64,000 nucleotides of DNA from Candidatus Coprousia avicola (lineage in GTDB: Bacteria; Actinomycetota; Coriobacteriia; Coriobacteriales; Coriobacteriaceae), in NCBI GenBank assembly GCA_018715125.1, contig DVMF01000007.1, forward strand, positions 38,452-102,451, given 5' to 3'. Below are positions 20,197 to 31,130 of the stretch, one piece after another; positions within the stretch are counted from its first letter, which is position 1; every line of letters starts with the position of its first letter. The position numbers and the translations under genes were made by a program. The notes beneath the pieces are model-generated. The model saw nothing but the letters and a program-made list of their open reading frames with translations, had not been told where the DNA came from and did no database searches.

Positions 20197-20724
20197 CTAT
20201 GCCGCGGGGCCCGGAACGAACGAGATGAGCGCGCAGGCGCCCGGCATGACGACGTCGGGCACCAGCACGAGCGCGGCGGCGCCCGGGTTGAACGATACGT
20301 CCTCGCCCGTGAGCCAGGCGGTCAGCCGGTTCATGAACGGGATGTGCCCGCAGGCGACGACCGTCTGCGCGTCCGCGGCGGCTACCTCGTCGAGAAACGC
20401 CACGTCGTCCTGCTCCCAGAGGGCCTCGCAGTCTTGGGGTGCGCTGGCGGCCACCCCAAGGCCTTCGAGCGCGCGGCGCGCCTCCTCGGCCGTCGCACGC
20501 GCACGGTCGGCGGGGCTGGTCCAGAGCGCGATGGGGCCCGCCGCGTCGAGCGCGCCGAGTCCGCAGGCGTCCGCCGCCTCGGCGAGCTGGGCAAAGGTGG
20601 CGGGGAAGCCCGTCGGCGCCGCGAGGGCGGCGCGCCCCTCCGGCGTGAGCGCGCGCAGGGCGTCGGTCTCGGCCGCCCCGGGAGGCTCGGGCTTGCCGTG
20701 GCGGATGAAGATGAGCTGCTTCAC
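20197..20724 (-). CDS. SixA-like histidine phosphatase
   Basis: LIFIRHGK, R.LT..G, SPADRARAT and CGHIP. Confidence 0.85.
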   Translation of the reverse strand: MKQLIFIRHGKPEPPGAAETDALRALTPEGRAALAAPTGFPATFAQLAEAADACGLGALDAAGPIALWTSPADRARATAEEARRALEGLGVAASAPQDCEALWEQDDVAFLDEVAAADAQTVVACGHIPFMNRLTAWLTGEDVSFNPGAAALVLVPDVVMPGACALISFVPGPAA

Positions 20725-20746
20725 GGTGACTCCTTTGCCGTGGGGG

Positions 20747-21394
20747 CTAAAGCGTGCCGAAGATGCGGTCGCCCGCGTCGCCGAGGCCTGGCACGATGTA
20801 GGCGTTCTCGTTCAGGCACTCGTCGATGGCGCACGTGTAGATGTGCACGTCGGGGTCGGCCGCCTCGACCGCGGCGATGCCCTCGGGCGCGGCGATGAGG
20901 ACCATGAGCTTGAGGTCGCGCACGCCGCGGGCGCGCAGCGCGCGGATGGCGTCGATGGAGGAGCCGCCCGTGGCGAGCATGGGGTCGACGATGAGGCAGG
21001 TGCGCTCGGCGATGTCGCGCGGCATCTTGCAGTAGTACTCGTGCGGCTCGTGGGTGACCTCGTCGCGCTCCATGCCGATGTGGCCCACGCGGGCGGACGG
21101 GATGAGGTCGAGCATGCCCTCGACCATGCCGAGGCCGGCGCGGAGGATGGGGACGATGGCGACCTTGCGCCCGGCGATCTGCTTGCCCGTCGTGGCGCAG
21201 ATGGGGGTCTCCACGGAAACGTCCTCGAGCGCGAAGTCGCGCGTCGCCTCGTAGCCCTCGAAGATGGCGAGCTCGCGCACCAGCTCACGGAACTGCTTGG
21301 TGCCCGTGCGCTTGTCGCGCATGATGGTGAGCTTGTGCTGCACGAGCGGGTGGTCGATAACGGTCACGCGCGAGGCGTCGAACGACTGTGCCAT
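20747..21394 (-). CDS. upp: Uracil phosphoribosyltransferase
   Basis: [27 protein letters not shown] and [16 protein letters not shown]. Confidence 0.98.
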   Translation of the reverse strand: MAQSFDASRVTVIDHPLVQHKLTIMRDKRTGTKQFRELVRELAIFEGYEATRDFALEDVSVETPICATTGKQIAGRKVAIVPILRAGLGMVEGMLDLIPSARVGHIGMERDEVTHEPHEYYCKMPRDIAERTCLIVDPMLATGGSSIDAIRALRARGVRDLKLMVLIAAPEGIAAVEAADPDVHIYTCAIDECLNENAYIVPGLGDAGDRIFGTL

Positions 21395-21553
21395 GGGGTC
21401 TCCTAGCGTCGGTGGTGTGCGGTGCCGGCGGCAGGCGCCGGTTACCGTTTGCGTCCGCTGTCGATTATCGCACGCGCGGCCGGCCCTGTTCTGCTATATC
21501 TGCTAAGTGGTGTATTTTGCGCGCCGGGAGCGCGGGCGGAGGGAGTGGCTGCG

Positions 21554-22024
21554 ATGGCTATCGAGCGGGTGCGGGCGTTTTTTGAGGCCGAAGGGATCGC
21601 CGAGCGGATCCTCGAGTTTCCCACGTCGAGCGCAACGGTGGAGCTCGCGGCCGCCGCGGTGGGCTGCGAGCCCGCGCGCATCGCCAAGACGCTCTCGTTT
21701 GCGGTGGGCGAGCGCGTGGCGCTCATCGTCGCCGCCGGTGACGCGCGCATCGACAACCCCAAGTTCAAGGCGCAGTTCCACACCAAGGCGAAGATGCTCG
21801 CCGCCGCGGACGCCGAGCGGCGCATCGGGCACGCGGTGGGCGGCGTCTGCCCCTTTGCCGTGAACGACGGGTGCGACGTCTACCTCGACGCGAGCCTGCG
21901 CCGGTTCGACACGGTCTATCCGGCGTGCGGGAGCGCCAACAGCGCCATCGGCCTCACCCTGTCGGAGCTGGAGCGCTACGCCCGGCCCGTCGCCTGGATC
22001 GACGTCTGCAAGCTCCCCGCGTAG
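21554..22024 (+). CDS. YbaK/EbsC aminoacyl-tRNA deacylase-family protein
   Basis: IAKTL, GHAVGGVCPF and ACGSANS. Confidence 0.9.
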   Translation: MAIERVRAFFEAEGIAERILEFPTSSATVELAAAAVGCEPARIAKTLSFAVGERVALIVAAGDARIDNPKFKAQFHTKAKMLAAADAERRIGHAVGGVCPFAVNDGCDVYLDASLRRFDTVYPACGSANSAIGLTLSELERYARPVAWIDVCKLPA

Positions 22025-22029
22025 AGGCG

Positions 22030-23937
<1,908 letters not shown>

Positions 23938-23955
23938 GGGGACTCCAATTGCACT

Positions 23956-23973
23956 TATGAACACACGCTCATA
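23956..23973. promoter_or_regulatory. Internal CadC/SmtB-type operator upstream of the ATPase
   Basis: TATGAAC-ACAC-GCTCATA, one mismatch from the palindrome upstream of the ArsR gene. Confidence 0.6.
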
Positions 23974-24079
23974 TATAAGCGGGGAAAAAAGCCGCGCGGG
24001 CGGCCGGGGAGAGCCGGCGGGCGGTGTGCGCGGGGCCGTGGGGGGGGGTGGTGCGCGCCGCGCTCGCCGGCGGGGAGGG

Positions 24080-24298
24080 CTACCGGAGGATCTCGCAGTC
24101 GGGCTCGATGTCTGCGGTGAGCCTGACCACGCGTTCGAGCACGTCGTCAAAGACGTCGTCGGCGGCGGTGAGCGTGAGCTTCTGCGTCATGAAGTTGACG
24201 CGTGCGCTCTCGACGCCCTCGATCTTTACGATGGCGTCCTCGAGCTTCTGGGCGCAGTTGGCGCAATCGATCTCATCGAGCTTAAAAGACTTGCGCAT
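24080..24298 (-). CDS. Stand-alone heavy-metal-associated (HMA) domain protein
   Basis: IDCANCA CxxC motif; 72 aa. Confidence 0.9.
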   Translation of the reverse strand: MRKSFKLDEIDCANCAQKLEDAIVKIEGVESARVNFMTQKLTLTAADDVFDDVLERVVRLTADIEPDCEILR

Positions 24299-24401
24299 GG
24301 TGGTTCCTTTCCTTCTTGCGGGCGCCCGCGGGCGGGGCGTTGATTGCTGATGGGGCGCGCGGCTGCGCGCATGGGCACGCCGCGCGACTGCCCGGTCTCG
24401 C

Positions 24402-24731
24402 CTACTCGCAGATATGCGTCATGCCCTGGGCGAGCATGGTGTGCACGTGGTCGTCGGCGAGCGAGTAGATGAGGCTTCTGCCGTCGCGATCGAACCGCAC
24501 GAGGCGGGCTTGCTTCAAGATGCGCAGCTGGTGGCTGACGGCGCTCTGCGTGGCGCCGATGGTATCGGCGATGTCGCCCACGGAGCGGGGGGTGTCGAAG
24601 AGCGCGTAGAGGATCTTGATGCGGGTCGTGTCGGAGAAGACCTTGAAGAGGTCGGCGAGGTCGTAAAGGAGCTCCTCGTCGGGCATGCAGAGATCGTTGG
24701 CAGCGGGAGCCGCGGCGGTGGGTTCTTCCAT
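24402..24731 (-). CDS. ArsR/SmtB-family metal sensor (CadC/CzrA-like)
   Basis: LFKVFSDTTRIKIL, SAVSHQLRILK and YSLADDHV. Confidence 0.93.
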   Translation of the reverse strand: MEEPTAAAPAANDLCMPDEELLYDLADLFKVFSDTTRIKILYALFDTPRSVGDIADTIGATQSAVSHQLRILKQARLVRFDRDGRSLIYSLADDHVHTMLAQGMTHICE

Positions 24732-24755
24732 GGCCCTCCTTTCAAATCTCAAACG

Positions 24756-24807
24756 TATGAACAATCGTTCATATAACTGAGTTTGATTATATGAACCTAT
24801 GCGCATA
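24756..24807. promoter_or_regulatory. ArsR/SmtB operators
   Basis: Perfect TATGAAC-AATC-GTTCATA (24756-24773) plus imperfect TATGAAC-CTAT-GCGCATA. Confidence 0.7.
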
Positions 24808-25005
24808 CGTCAAGAGGAATCTGGCAGTTTTCGGTAAGAGGTCGAATGGGTTGGGGGAGGGGTGCCGTGCGGGATGCCGTTATCCGCGAAATCGCTCGAT
24901 GTGCGCGATGTGCCACAGGTTCATAAGAGGGATGCGCCGCCGCGCGTTGAGGTAGGATAGCTAACGGACACCGACGCGCGGCCGTGGCCGCAGGAAGGGG
25001 AGCAC

Positions 25006-25908
25006 ATGATCATCGAGGAGCACGCCCTGTGGGGCGAGGAGCCCACTGAGGAGCATCCGGCGACATACACGGCGTATCTCGCCGATCCGCTCACCGCGGC
25101 GCCCGACGCGCGGCGTCCTGCGATGGTCGTGTGCGGGGGCGGCGGCTTCGACCATGTGGTCTCCCACGAGAAGGAGCCGGTGGCCCTCGCGTACCTCAAC
25201 AGCGGCTACCAGGTGTTTGTGCTCGAGTACGTGACGATGTCCACCGGAGACGTCGCCTACCCCGCACCCGAGGTCGATCTCGCCCGCATGGTCGCCACGG
25301 TTCGCGCCAACGCCGACGCGTGGCGCGTCGATCCCGAGCGCGTGGCGGTCATCGGGTTCTCGGCGGGCGGCTTCGTGTGCGCGGCACTCGCCGCCGGCTG
25401 GAAGTCCGGTCCGTTTGCCGCCCTCGCCGGCGCCCGCCCCGAGCAGGTGCGCCCCGACGCGGCCGTGCTCTGCTACCCGCTTCTCGACCTGCGCGTGGTG
25501 CGCGACGAGCAGCTGCGCGACCCGCGCATCGACCTGCGCGTGCCCAAGACGGGCGGCAAGACGGGGCGCGACCTCGTGATGGATTACCTGGCGCGCGTCG
25601 CCGGGGAGGCGACCGAGGAGCGCCTGGCGGAGATCGCTCCGGTCAACCATGTCGACCGGTACATGGCGCCGACGTTTGTCTGGGGTGTCGCCGATGACAA
25701 GACGTGCCCGATCGTGCAGGTGCACGAGTTCGCCTGCGCCATGGCGCGCGCCGGCGTTACGCATGAGGTGCACGTGTTCGACCAGGGTGGCCACGGGCTT
25801 TCGATGGCGAACGTCAACACGCGGGTGGATAACGCGGCGGAGCAGGCGATCGTGCGCCCTTGGTTCGACCTCGCCGCGGCCTTTCTTGAGCGGCGCGGGG
25901 TCGCATAG
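25006..25908 (+). CDS. Alpha/beta hydrolase (BD-FAE-like esterase)
   Basis: CGGGGF, GFSAGG and GGHGLSMA; homologous to 1006..1911. Confidence 0.85.
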   Translation: MIIEEHALWGEEPTEEHPATYTAYLADPLTAAPDARRPAMVVCGGGGFDHVVSHEKEPVALAYLNSGYQVFVLEYVTMSTGDVAYPAPEVDLARMVATVRANADAWRVDPERVAVIGFSAGGFVCAALAAGWKSGPFAALAGARPEQVRPDAAVLCYPLLDLRVVRDEQLRDPRIDLRVPKTGGKTGRDLVMDYLARVAGEATEERLAEIAPVNHVDRYMAPTFVWGVADDKTCPIVQVHEFACAMARAGVTHEVHVFDQGGHGLSMANVNTRVDNAAEQAIVRPWFDLAAAFLERRGVA

Positions 25909-26265
25909 TCGAGACTCGCACGCACGAAATACAAAAAACGCATATATAAGTGAATATATGCGTAATTATGAAATGCGATGATTCGCGTGCGTTTGCGCGT
26001 GGCCAAAAACCGCAGCGAAATAATGAAGGCCCCCTCTGGGAGGGCTGATGAAGAGCGCCGTCCGGATGTCGAGGGGGCTGCTCGACGCGATATCCGCCCA
26101 AAACGGGGTCGTTCTGGGCGGGCCTGCGCGGCTTGAGCGCGCGGCGATGGCGCGTTGGCACGGCCGGGGCGCGCGTCGACGCGCCTCGCGCGCGATGCAT
26201 AATTATTTCGGTGAGGATTTTGTCCACCGCGGTGCGCCGCGAGGGGCGCGGGCATCGCTTCTTCG

Positions 26266-26298
26266 GCACCTGTCCCCGCGCGAAGCGGGGACAGGTGC
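26266..26298. repeat. 14-bp perfect hairpin upstream of the corA-like gene
   Basis: GCACCTGTCCCCGC-GCGAA-GCGGGGACAGGTGC. Confidence 0.7.
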
Positions 26299-26327
26299 TA
26301 TGGTAGCTATCAAGAGGTGATGCATCC

Positions 26328-27383
26328 ATGCATACGTGGACATGGGCAGAGGGCGCGTTTGTGGACGCGCATGCCCGGGAGGCGGCCGGCGACGCGTCAC
26401 CGGCGGGCGAGGGTGCGGCTCCCTGCCCCGTCTCCCGGGAGCCTGATGGGGTGCGGGGAGCTGACGGTGCGTGGGTGCGGGTCAGCGTCGGCGCAGCGGC
26501 AGAGCTCGATCTAGACGAGAGCTCCCCGCTGGTGCGCGAGGTGCTGCGCGACATGCCCCATGCGGCCGTTTCGTATGGAGAGCGCGATGCGTCCAGCGCC
26601 TGCGGCATCGTGGTGGTGCCCGCCGGGAAGGGCCGTCGGCGCGAGGCGGCGCGTTTCGCGTTCGTCCTGCGCCCCCACTGCCTGGCGCTGGTTGAAGACG
26701 GACCGCTCGCCCGGCCTCTTATCGAGCGCCTGGCCGCCGAGGGGGCGCCCGTCGAGGGTCCCGCCGACGCGCTCATGGGACTCATCCGGCTTCTGCTCCG
26801 CGACCAGCCGGCGCTGCTCTCGGGGGTGCGCGAGGACCTCGAGCTCATCGAGGAGGCAGTGCTCGAGGGACGCGAGCGCCCGAACCGCGCCCTCATGATG
26901 GAGGACGCGTGCCGCATGCTCGGGCTCGATACGTTCTACCAGGGCCTTTCGGATATCGTTGACAACATCGCCGAGGAGGGGGAGGGCCTCGCGAGCCCGG
27001 CGGAACGGCTGCGGGCAAAGGCGCTCGCCCGCCAGCTCGACCGGCTCGCGACCCGGCTCGAGGCGCTGCAGCAGTACGGCCTCGAGGTGCACAGCCTCTA
27101 CCAGGAGAGCATCGACGTGCACCAGAACCACGTGATGCAGTGGCTGACCGTCGTGACGACGCTCGCGATGCCGCTCACGTTCATCACGGGCTGGTACGGG
27201 ATGAACTTCCCGCATATGGCGCTCTTCGACGCGACGTGGGGGTACCCGGCGGTCATCGTGGTCTGCCTTGCCATCGTCGCGGCCGAGGTGCGCTTCTTTC
27301 ATCGGCGCGGGTGGCTGCGCTTCGGCGGCGGGCGCCCGCGGCGCGGACGCCGGGATCGGCGGCGCGGCGGGGATGCGGCCTGA
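26328..27383 (+). CDS. CorA-family divalent cation transporter
   Basis: C-terminal LTVVTT..MPLTFITGWYGMNF (GMN motif) and two transmembrane helices. Confidence 0.85.
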   Translation: MHTWTWAEGAFVDAHAREAAGDASPAGEGAAPCPVSREPDGVRGADGAWVRVSVGAAAELDLDESSPLVREVLRDMPHAAVSYGERDASSACGIVVVPAGKGRRREAARFAFVLRPHCLALVEDGPLARPLIERLAAEGAPVEGPADALMGLIRLLLRDQPALLSGVREDLELIEEAVLEGRERPNRALMMEDACRMLGLDTFYQGLSDIVDNIAEEGEGLASPAERLRAKALARQLDRLATRLEALQQYGLEVHSLYQESIDVHQNHVMQWLTVVTTLAMPLTFITGWYGMNFPHMALFDATWGYPAVIVVCLAIVAAEVRFFHRRGWLRFGGGRPRRGRRDRRRGGDAA

Positions 27384-27462
27384 CGGCGGGCTCGCGTTCC
27401 CGCCTCGGCGCGCCACGCTATACTGTTGCCGATGACAGATCGTCAACAGGAAGGATGGCGCC

Positions 27463-28854
27463 ATGTGGTCCTTTGAGAGCGTGTTCTATCAGATCTACCC
27501 CCTCGGCTTCTGCGGGGCGCCCCGTGCAAACGACGGCGTTTGCGCCCACCGCATCACCAAGGTGGCGGCATGGGCGGATTACCTGGCGGAGCTCGGGGTC
27601 GGCGCCGTGCTCCTCAACCCGGTGTTCGATTCGTTGACGCACGGGTACGACACGCGCGACCTCACCCGCGTCGACTGCCGTCTGGGCACCAACGAGGATC
27701 TTGCGGACGTGGTGCGCGCCCTGCATGCGCACGGCATCCGCGTGGTGCTCGATGCGGTGTTCAACCATGTCGGCCGTGAGTTCTGGGCGTTTCGCGACGT
27801 GCGAGAGCACCGGTGGGACTCGGCGTACCGCGACTGGTTCTGCCTCAACTTCGACGGGGACTCCGCCTTTGGCGACGGGTTCTGGTACGAGGGTTGGGAG
27901 GGCTGCTACGACCTCGTCAAGCTGAATCTCCGCAATCCCGCCGTCGTGGCGTACCTGCTCGACACGGTGCGCGGATGGCGGCGGGAGTTTGGCATCGACG
28001 GGCTGCGCCTCGATGTCGCCTACTCCCTCGACCATGACTTCCTGCGGAGCCTGCACGGCGTGGCGCGCGAGCTCTCGGCCACGGCGCCGGCGGCGGCGCC
28101 GCTTGCGGGTCCGCGCGCCGAGGACACGGCGTTCGTCCTCATCGGCGAGACGCTCCACGGCGACTACAGCCAGCTCGTCAACCCCGAGATGCTCGACTCG
28201 TGCACCAACTACGAGTGCTACAAGGGGCTGTACTCGAGCTTCAACAGCCAGAACATGTTCGAGATCGCCCACTCGCTCCATCGGCAGTTCGGCGGCGACC
28301 CCTGGTGCATCTACCGCGGGCTCCATCTGCTCTCGTTTGCCGACAACCACGATGTGACCCGCTTGGCGAGCATCCTCACCGATCCTGCCTGCGTGCGGCC
28401 CGCCTACGGGGTGCTCTTCGGCATGCCGGGGATACCCTGCCTCTACTACGGAAGCGAGTGGGGCGCGACGGGCGTCAAGGGCGCGCATGACGACTGGGAC
28501 CTGCGCCCGGCGTTCGAGGCGCCCGTCCAAAACGAGCTCGCCTCCCACGTCGCGCGCCTCATCGCGGCGCGCACTGCGGGACCCGGTGCGCGGGCGCTCA
28601 GCTACGGCGCGTACCGCAACGTGCAGATCCAGAACAAGCAGCTCCTGTTCGAGCGGACGGTGGAGGCCGAGGGCGCGGAGCCGGCGGCGCGCGTGCTGGT
28701 GGCGGTCAACGCCGTGGCGGAGCCCTTCACGTTCTCGGCAGGCGAGCTCACAGGGACCTTTGCCGACCTTCTGGATGGGGACGGCGGGTCGGTCGAGCTC
28801 GCGGGAACCCTTGAGCTCGCGCCGTACGAGGTGCGCTACCTGCTCGCCCGGTAA
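27463..28854 (+). CDS. GH13 alpha-amylase-family (maltodextrin glucosidase/cyclomaltodextrinase-like)
   Basis: HGYDT.D, DAVFNH, GLRLDVA, IGE and FADNHD catalytic regions. Confidence 0.9.
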   Translation: MWSFESVFYQIYPLGFCGAPRANDGVCAHRITKVAAWADYLAELGVGAVLLNPVFDSLTHGYDTRDLTRVDCRLGTNEDLADVVRALHAHGIRVVLDAVFNHVGREFWAFRDVREHRWDSAYRDWFCLNFDGDSAFGDGFWYEGWEGCYDLVKLNLRNPAVVAYLLDTVRGWRREFGIDGLRLDVAYSLDHDFLRSLHGVARELSATAPAAAPLAGPRAEDTAFVLIGETLHGDYSQLVNPEMLDSCTNYECYKGLYSSFNSQNMFEIAHSLHRQFGGDPWCIYRGLHLLSFADNHDVTRLASILTDPACVRPAYGVLFGMPGIPCLYYGSEWGATGVKGAHDDWDLRPAFEAPVQNELASHVARLIAARTAGPGARALSYGAYRNVQIQNKQLLFERTVEAEGAEPAARVLVAVNAVAEPFTFSAGELTGTFADLLDGDGGSVELAGTLELAPYEVRYLLAR

Positions 28855-28895
28855 GGGTGCGCGCCGCCCCCGTGCAGGGTGGCGGCGCGCCGGGG

Positions 28896-31130
28896 CTACA
28901 TCACGTGCGTCTCGGCGAGGCGCTCCTCGATGCGCTCGTTGGCGCGCGCGAGGCGCCGGCGCAGCGCGAGGCCCAGTATGAGGGCGGGCACGAGGTAGGC
29001 GGCGAGGCGGCCGAGGGCCCACCAGAAGTCTCCCTGCCAGAGGCCGAACTGCGCCGCGCGGAACGCGTTCTCGGCATGCACGAAGGGGAGCCACCGGTAG
29101 AGCGTCTGGAAGACGGGCGGCAGCATCTGCGGTGGAAACGTGCCGCCCGAGCCCGCGACCTGCACGACCATGAGCACCACGGCCACGGCCTTGCCCACAT
29201 CGCCGAAGGCGGCGGTGAGCGCGTAGATGATATTCACGAACACAAACGAGGCGACCCATCCGGTGAGGAAGAAGAGTACCGGGTGGGCGCACTGCACACC
29301 CAGGTAGAAGAGGTCGCCGGCGCAGATGAGCGTCGCCTGCGCGAGGCCCACGGCCCCGAAGAACGTGAGGCGCCCGAGGTAGGCGCCGCCGACGCCGCAG
29401 CCGGTCTCGGCGAGGGTGCGCGCGCTCGGCGCGACTTTGACGAGGGCGGCGAGCACGACGCCGCCGATCCAGATCGCGAGGGTGGTGTAGAACGGCGCCA
29501 TGGCCGACCCGTTGTTCTCGACGGGGAAGACGGGCGTGCGGTCGAGCGTCACCGGTGCGGCCATGAAGGCGGCGAGCTCGGTCGGCTCGGCGCCGAGAAT
29601 CTGGCGTATCTGCGCAAGGTCGCCCGCGGCGACGGCGCCCGCGAGCGTCTCGTGAAGCGCATCGAGGCGTGCGGCGGCCCCCTCGAGCGCGTCGGCAGAT
29701 TCGGTGAGCGAGGCGGCGGTCCCGGTGAGGCCGGTCTCGGCGGAGCCGGCGGCGGCGTCGACGGCGGCGAGCGTGTCGTCGAGCCGCGCGGCGAGGGAGC
29801 GGGCGTCCTCGGCGGCGGCGGAGACGGTCCGGGCGAGCTCGTCGAGCGAGGCGCGCACATCGCCCGTCGCGGCGCCCTTGAGCGAGGCGAGGTCACGGGC
29901 GGCAGCGTCGACGAGCCCTTCGAGCTCCTGCTTTGCCGCGGCGGCATCTTGGGCGCCCTGAGAGAGGTCGCCGGCTGCGGTGCCGAGGCCACAGGACAGG
30001 TCGTCGAGCTCGGCTATGAGCGCGCCGAGGCGCTGGGAGAGGCCCTCGAGGTCGCGCGCCACGGCGCCGGCGGCGTTGCCCGCGGGTGTGCCCGCTGCGG
30101 CCTCCTCGAGACGGTGCGCGAGCTCGATCTGGCCGGCAAGGGAGTCGGCGAGCTGCTGCAGGCGCCCGCGATGGCCGTCGACCGTCTCCTTTGCCCGGGT
30201 AAGGCCGGCGGTGAGGTCGCCCACCTGCGCATCTGCCGCGTCGAAGGCACCGTCGATGGCGTCTTGCACATCGCCCATGCCCGCGGAGGCGCCCGCGATG
30301 GCGGTATCCCACGCGGTGCCGGCGCCGGCGAGCGCATCGGAAACGTCGCCCACGCCCGCTGCGGCGGCGCCGAGGGCACCTGCCGCCTCATCGGCGGGCG
30401 CGCCGGCGGCGCCGAGCGCGTCGCCGCTGCCTGCGACGAGCGCACCGGTGGAGGAGAGGAGCTCGGCATAGGCGCGCGCGTCGCCCGCCGCGCCCCTGAG
30501 GCGGCCCGCGGCACCGGTGACGGCATCGTCGAGGCGGCCGGCGAGGCTCGCGAGCCCCTCGTCATCGAGCAGGCCCGATAGCTCGTCGAGGACGCCGGCG
30601 CCCACGTCCGTCACGGCGGCGGCGAAGCCCTTATCGATGTCGGCGCGCACGGCGGTGGCGGCCTTGTCGGTCACGATCTGGGCGATGGCGTTGGCCTTCT
30701 GGTTCTGCAGGAACGTGACCTCGGCGGCGCCCGCGCCCGCGTCGTAGCCGCCGAGGAGCCGCTCGGAGAAATCCTCGGGGATGATGAGCGCGGCGTAGTA
30801 GGCGCCGGAGCGTACGCCCTCGCGCGCGTCGTCTGCCGAGGTGGGCACGTAGCCGATGGCGGTCGACGTGCGGAGCTCGTCGACGACGCGCTCGCCCGCG
30901 TTGAGGGTCACAGGGACGAGCCCGCTCTTGTAACCGGCGTCCTCGCAGGCGACGGCGACCTTGAGGTTCGCGGTGTTGCCGTAGGGGTCCCAGCTGCCGG
31001 CGATGTTGAACCACGCGTAGAACGAGGGCACGACGATCATGCCCGCGACCACCACGAGCGTGACGGCGCTTCCGGTGGCGTGGCGGAAGTCCCGGCGGAT
31101 GAGGGACCAGATGCGGGTGAGGGTGCTCAC
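28896..31130 (-). CDS. YhgE/Pip-domain membrane protein (copy 2)
   Basis: PSFYAWFNIAGSWDPYGNT, a long Ala-rich coiled coil, ENNGSAMAPFYTTLAIWIG and QVAGSGGTFP. Confidence 0.9.
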   Translation of the reverse strand: MSTLTRIWSLIRRDFRHATGSAVTLVVVAGMIVVPSFYAWFNIAGSWDPYGNTANLKVAVACEDAGYKSGLVPVTLNAGERVVDELRTSTAIGYVPTSADDAREGVRSGAYYAALIIPEDFSERLLGGYDAGAGAAEVTFLQNQKANAIAQIVTDKAATAVRADIDKGFAAAVTDVGAGVLDELSGLLDDEGLASLAGRLDDAVTGAAGRLRGAAGDARAYAELLSSTGALVAGSGDALGAAGAPADEAAGALGAAAAGVGDVSDALAGAGTAWDTAIAGASAGMGDVQDAIDGAFDAADAQVGDLTAGLTRAKETVDGHRGRLQQLADSLAGQIELAHRLEEAAAGTPAGNAAGAVARDLEGLSQRLGALIAELDDLSCGLGTAAGDLSQGAQDAAAAKQELEGLVDAAARDLASLKGAATGDVRASLDELARTVSAAAEDARSLAARLDDTLAAVDAAAGSAETGLTGTAASLTESADALEGAAARLDALHETLAGAVAAGDLAQIRQILGAEPTELAAFMAAPVTLDRTPVFPVENNGSAMAPFYTTLAIWIGGVVLAALVKVAPSARTLAETGCGVGGAYLGRLTFFGAVGLAQATLICAGDLFYLGVQCAHPVLFFLTGWVASFVFVNIIYALTAAFGDVGKAVAVVLMVVQVAGSGGTFPPQMLPPVFQTLYRWLPFVHAENAFRAAQFGLWQGDFWWALGRLAAYLVPALILGLALRRRLARANERIEERLAETHVM

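Noticed and set aside
25960-26327. M-box (ykoK) Mg2+ riboswitch upstream of corA
   Set aside because: I could not recognise the conserved M-box core by eye; a cmscan would be needed to exclude it.
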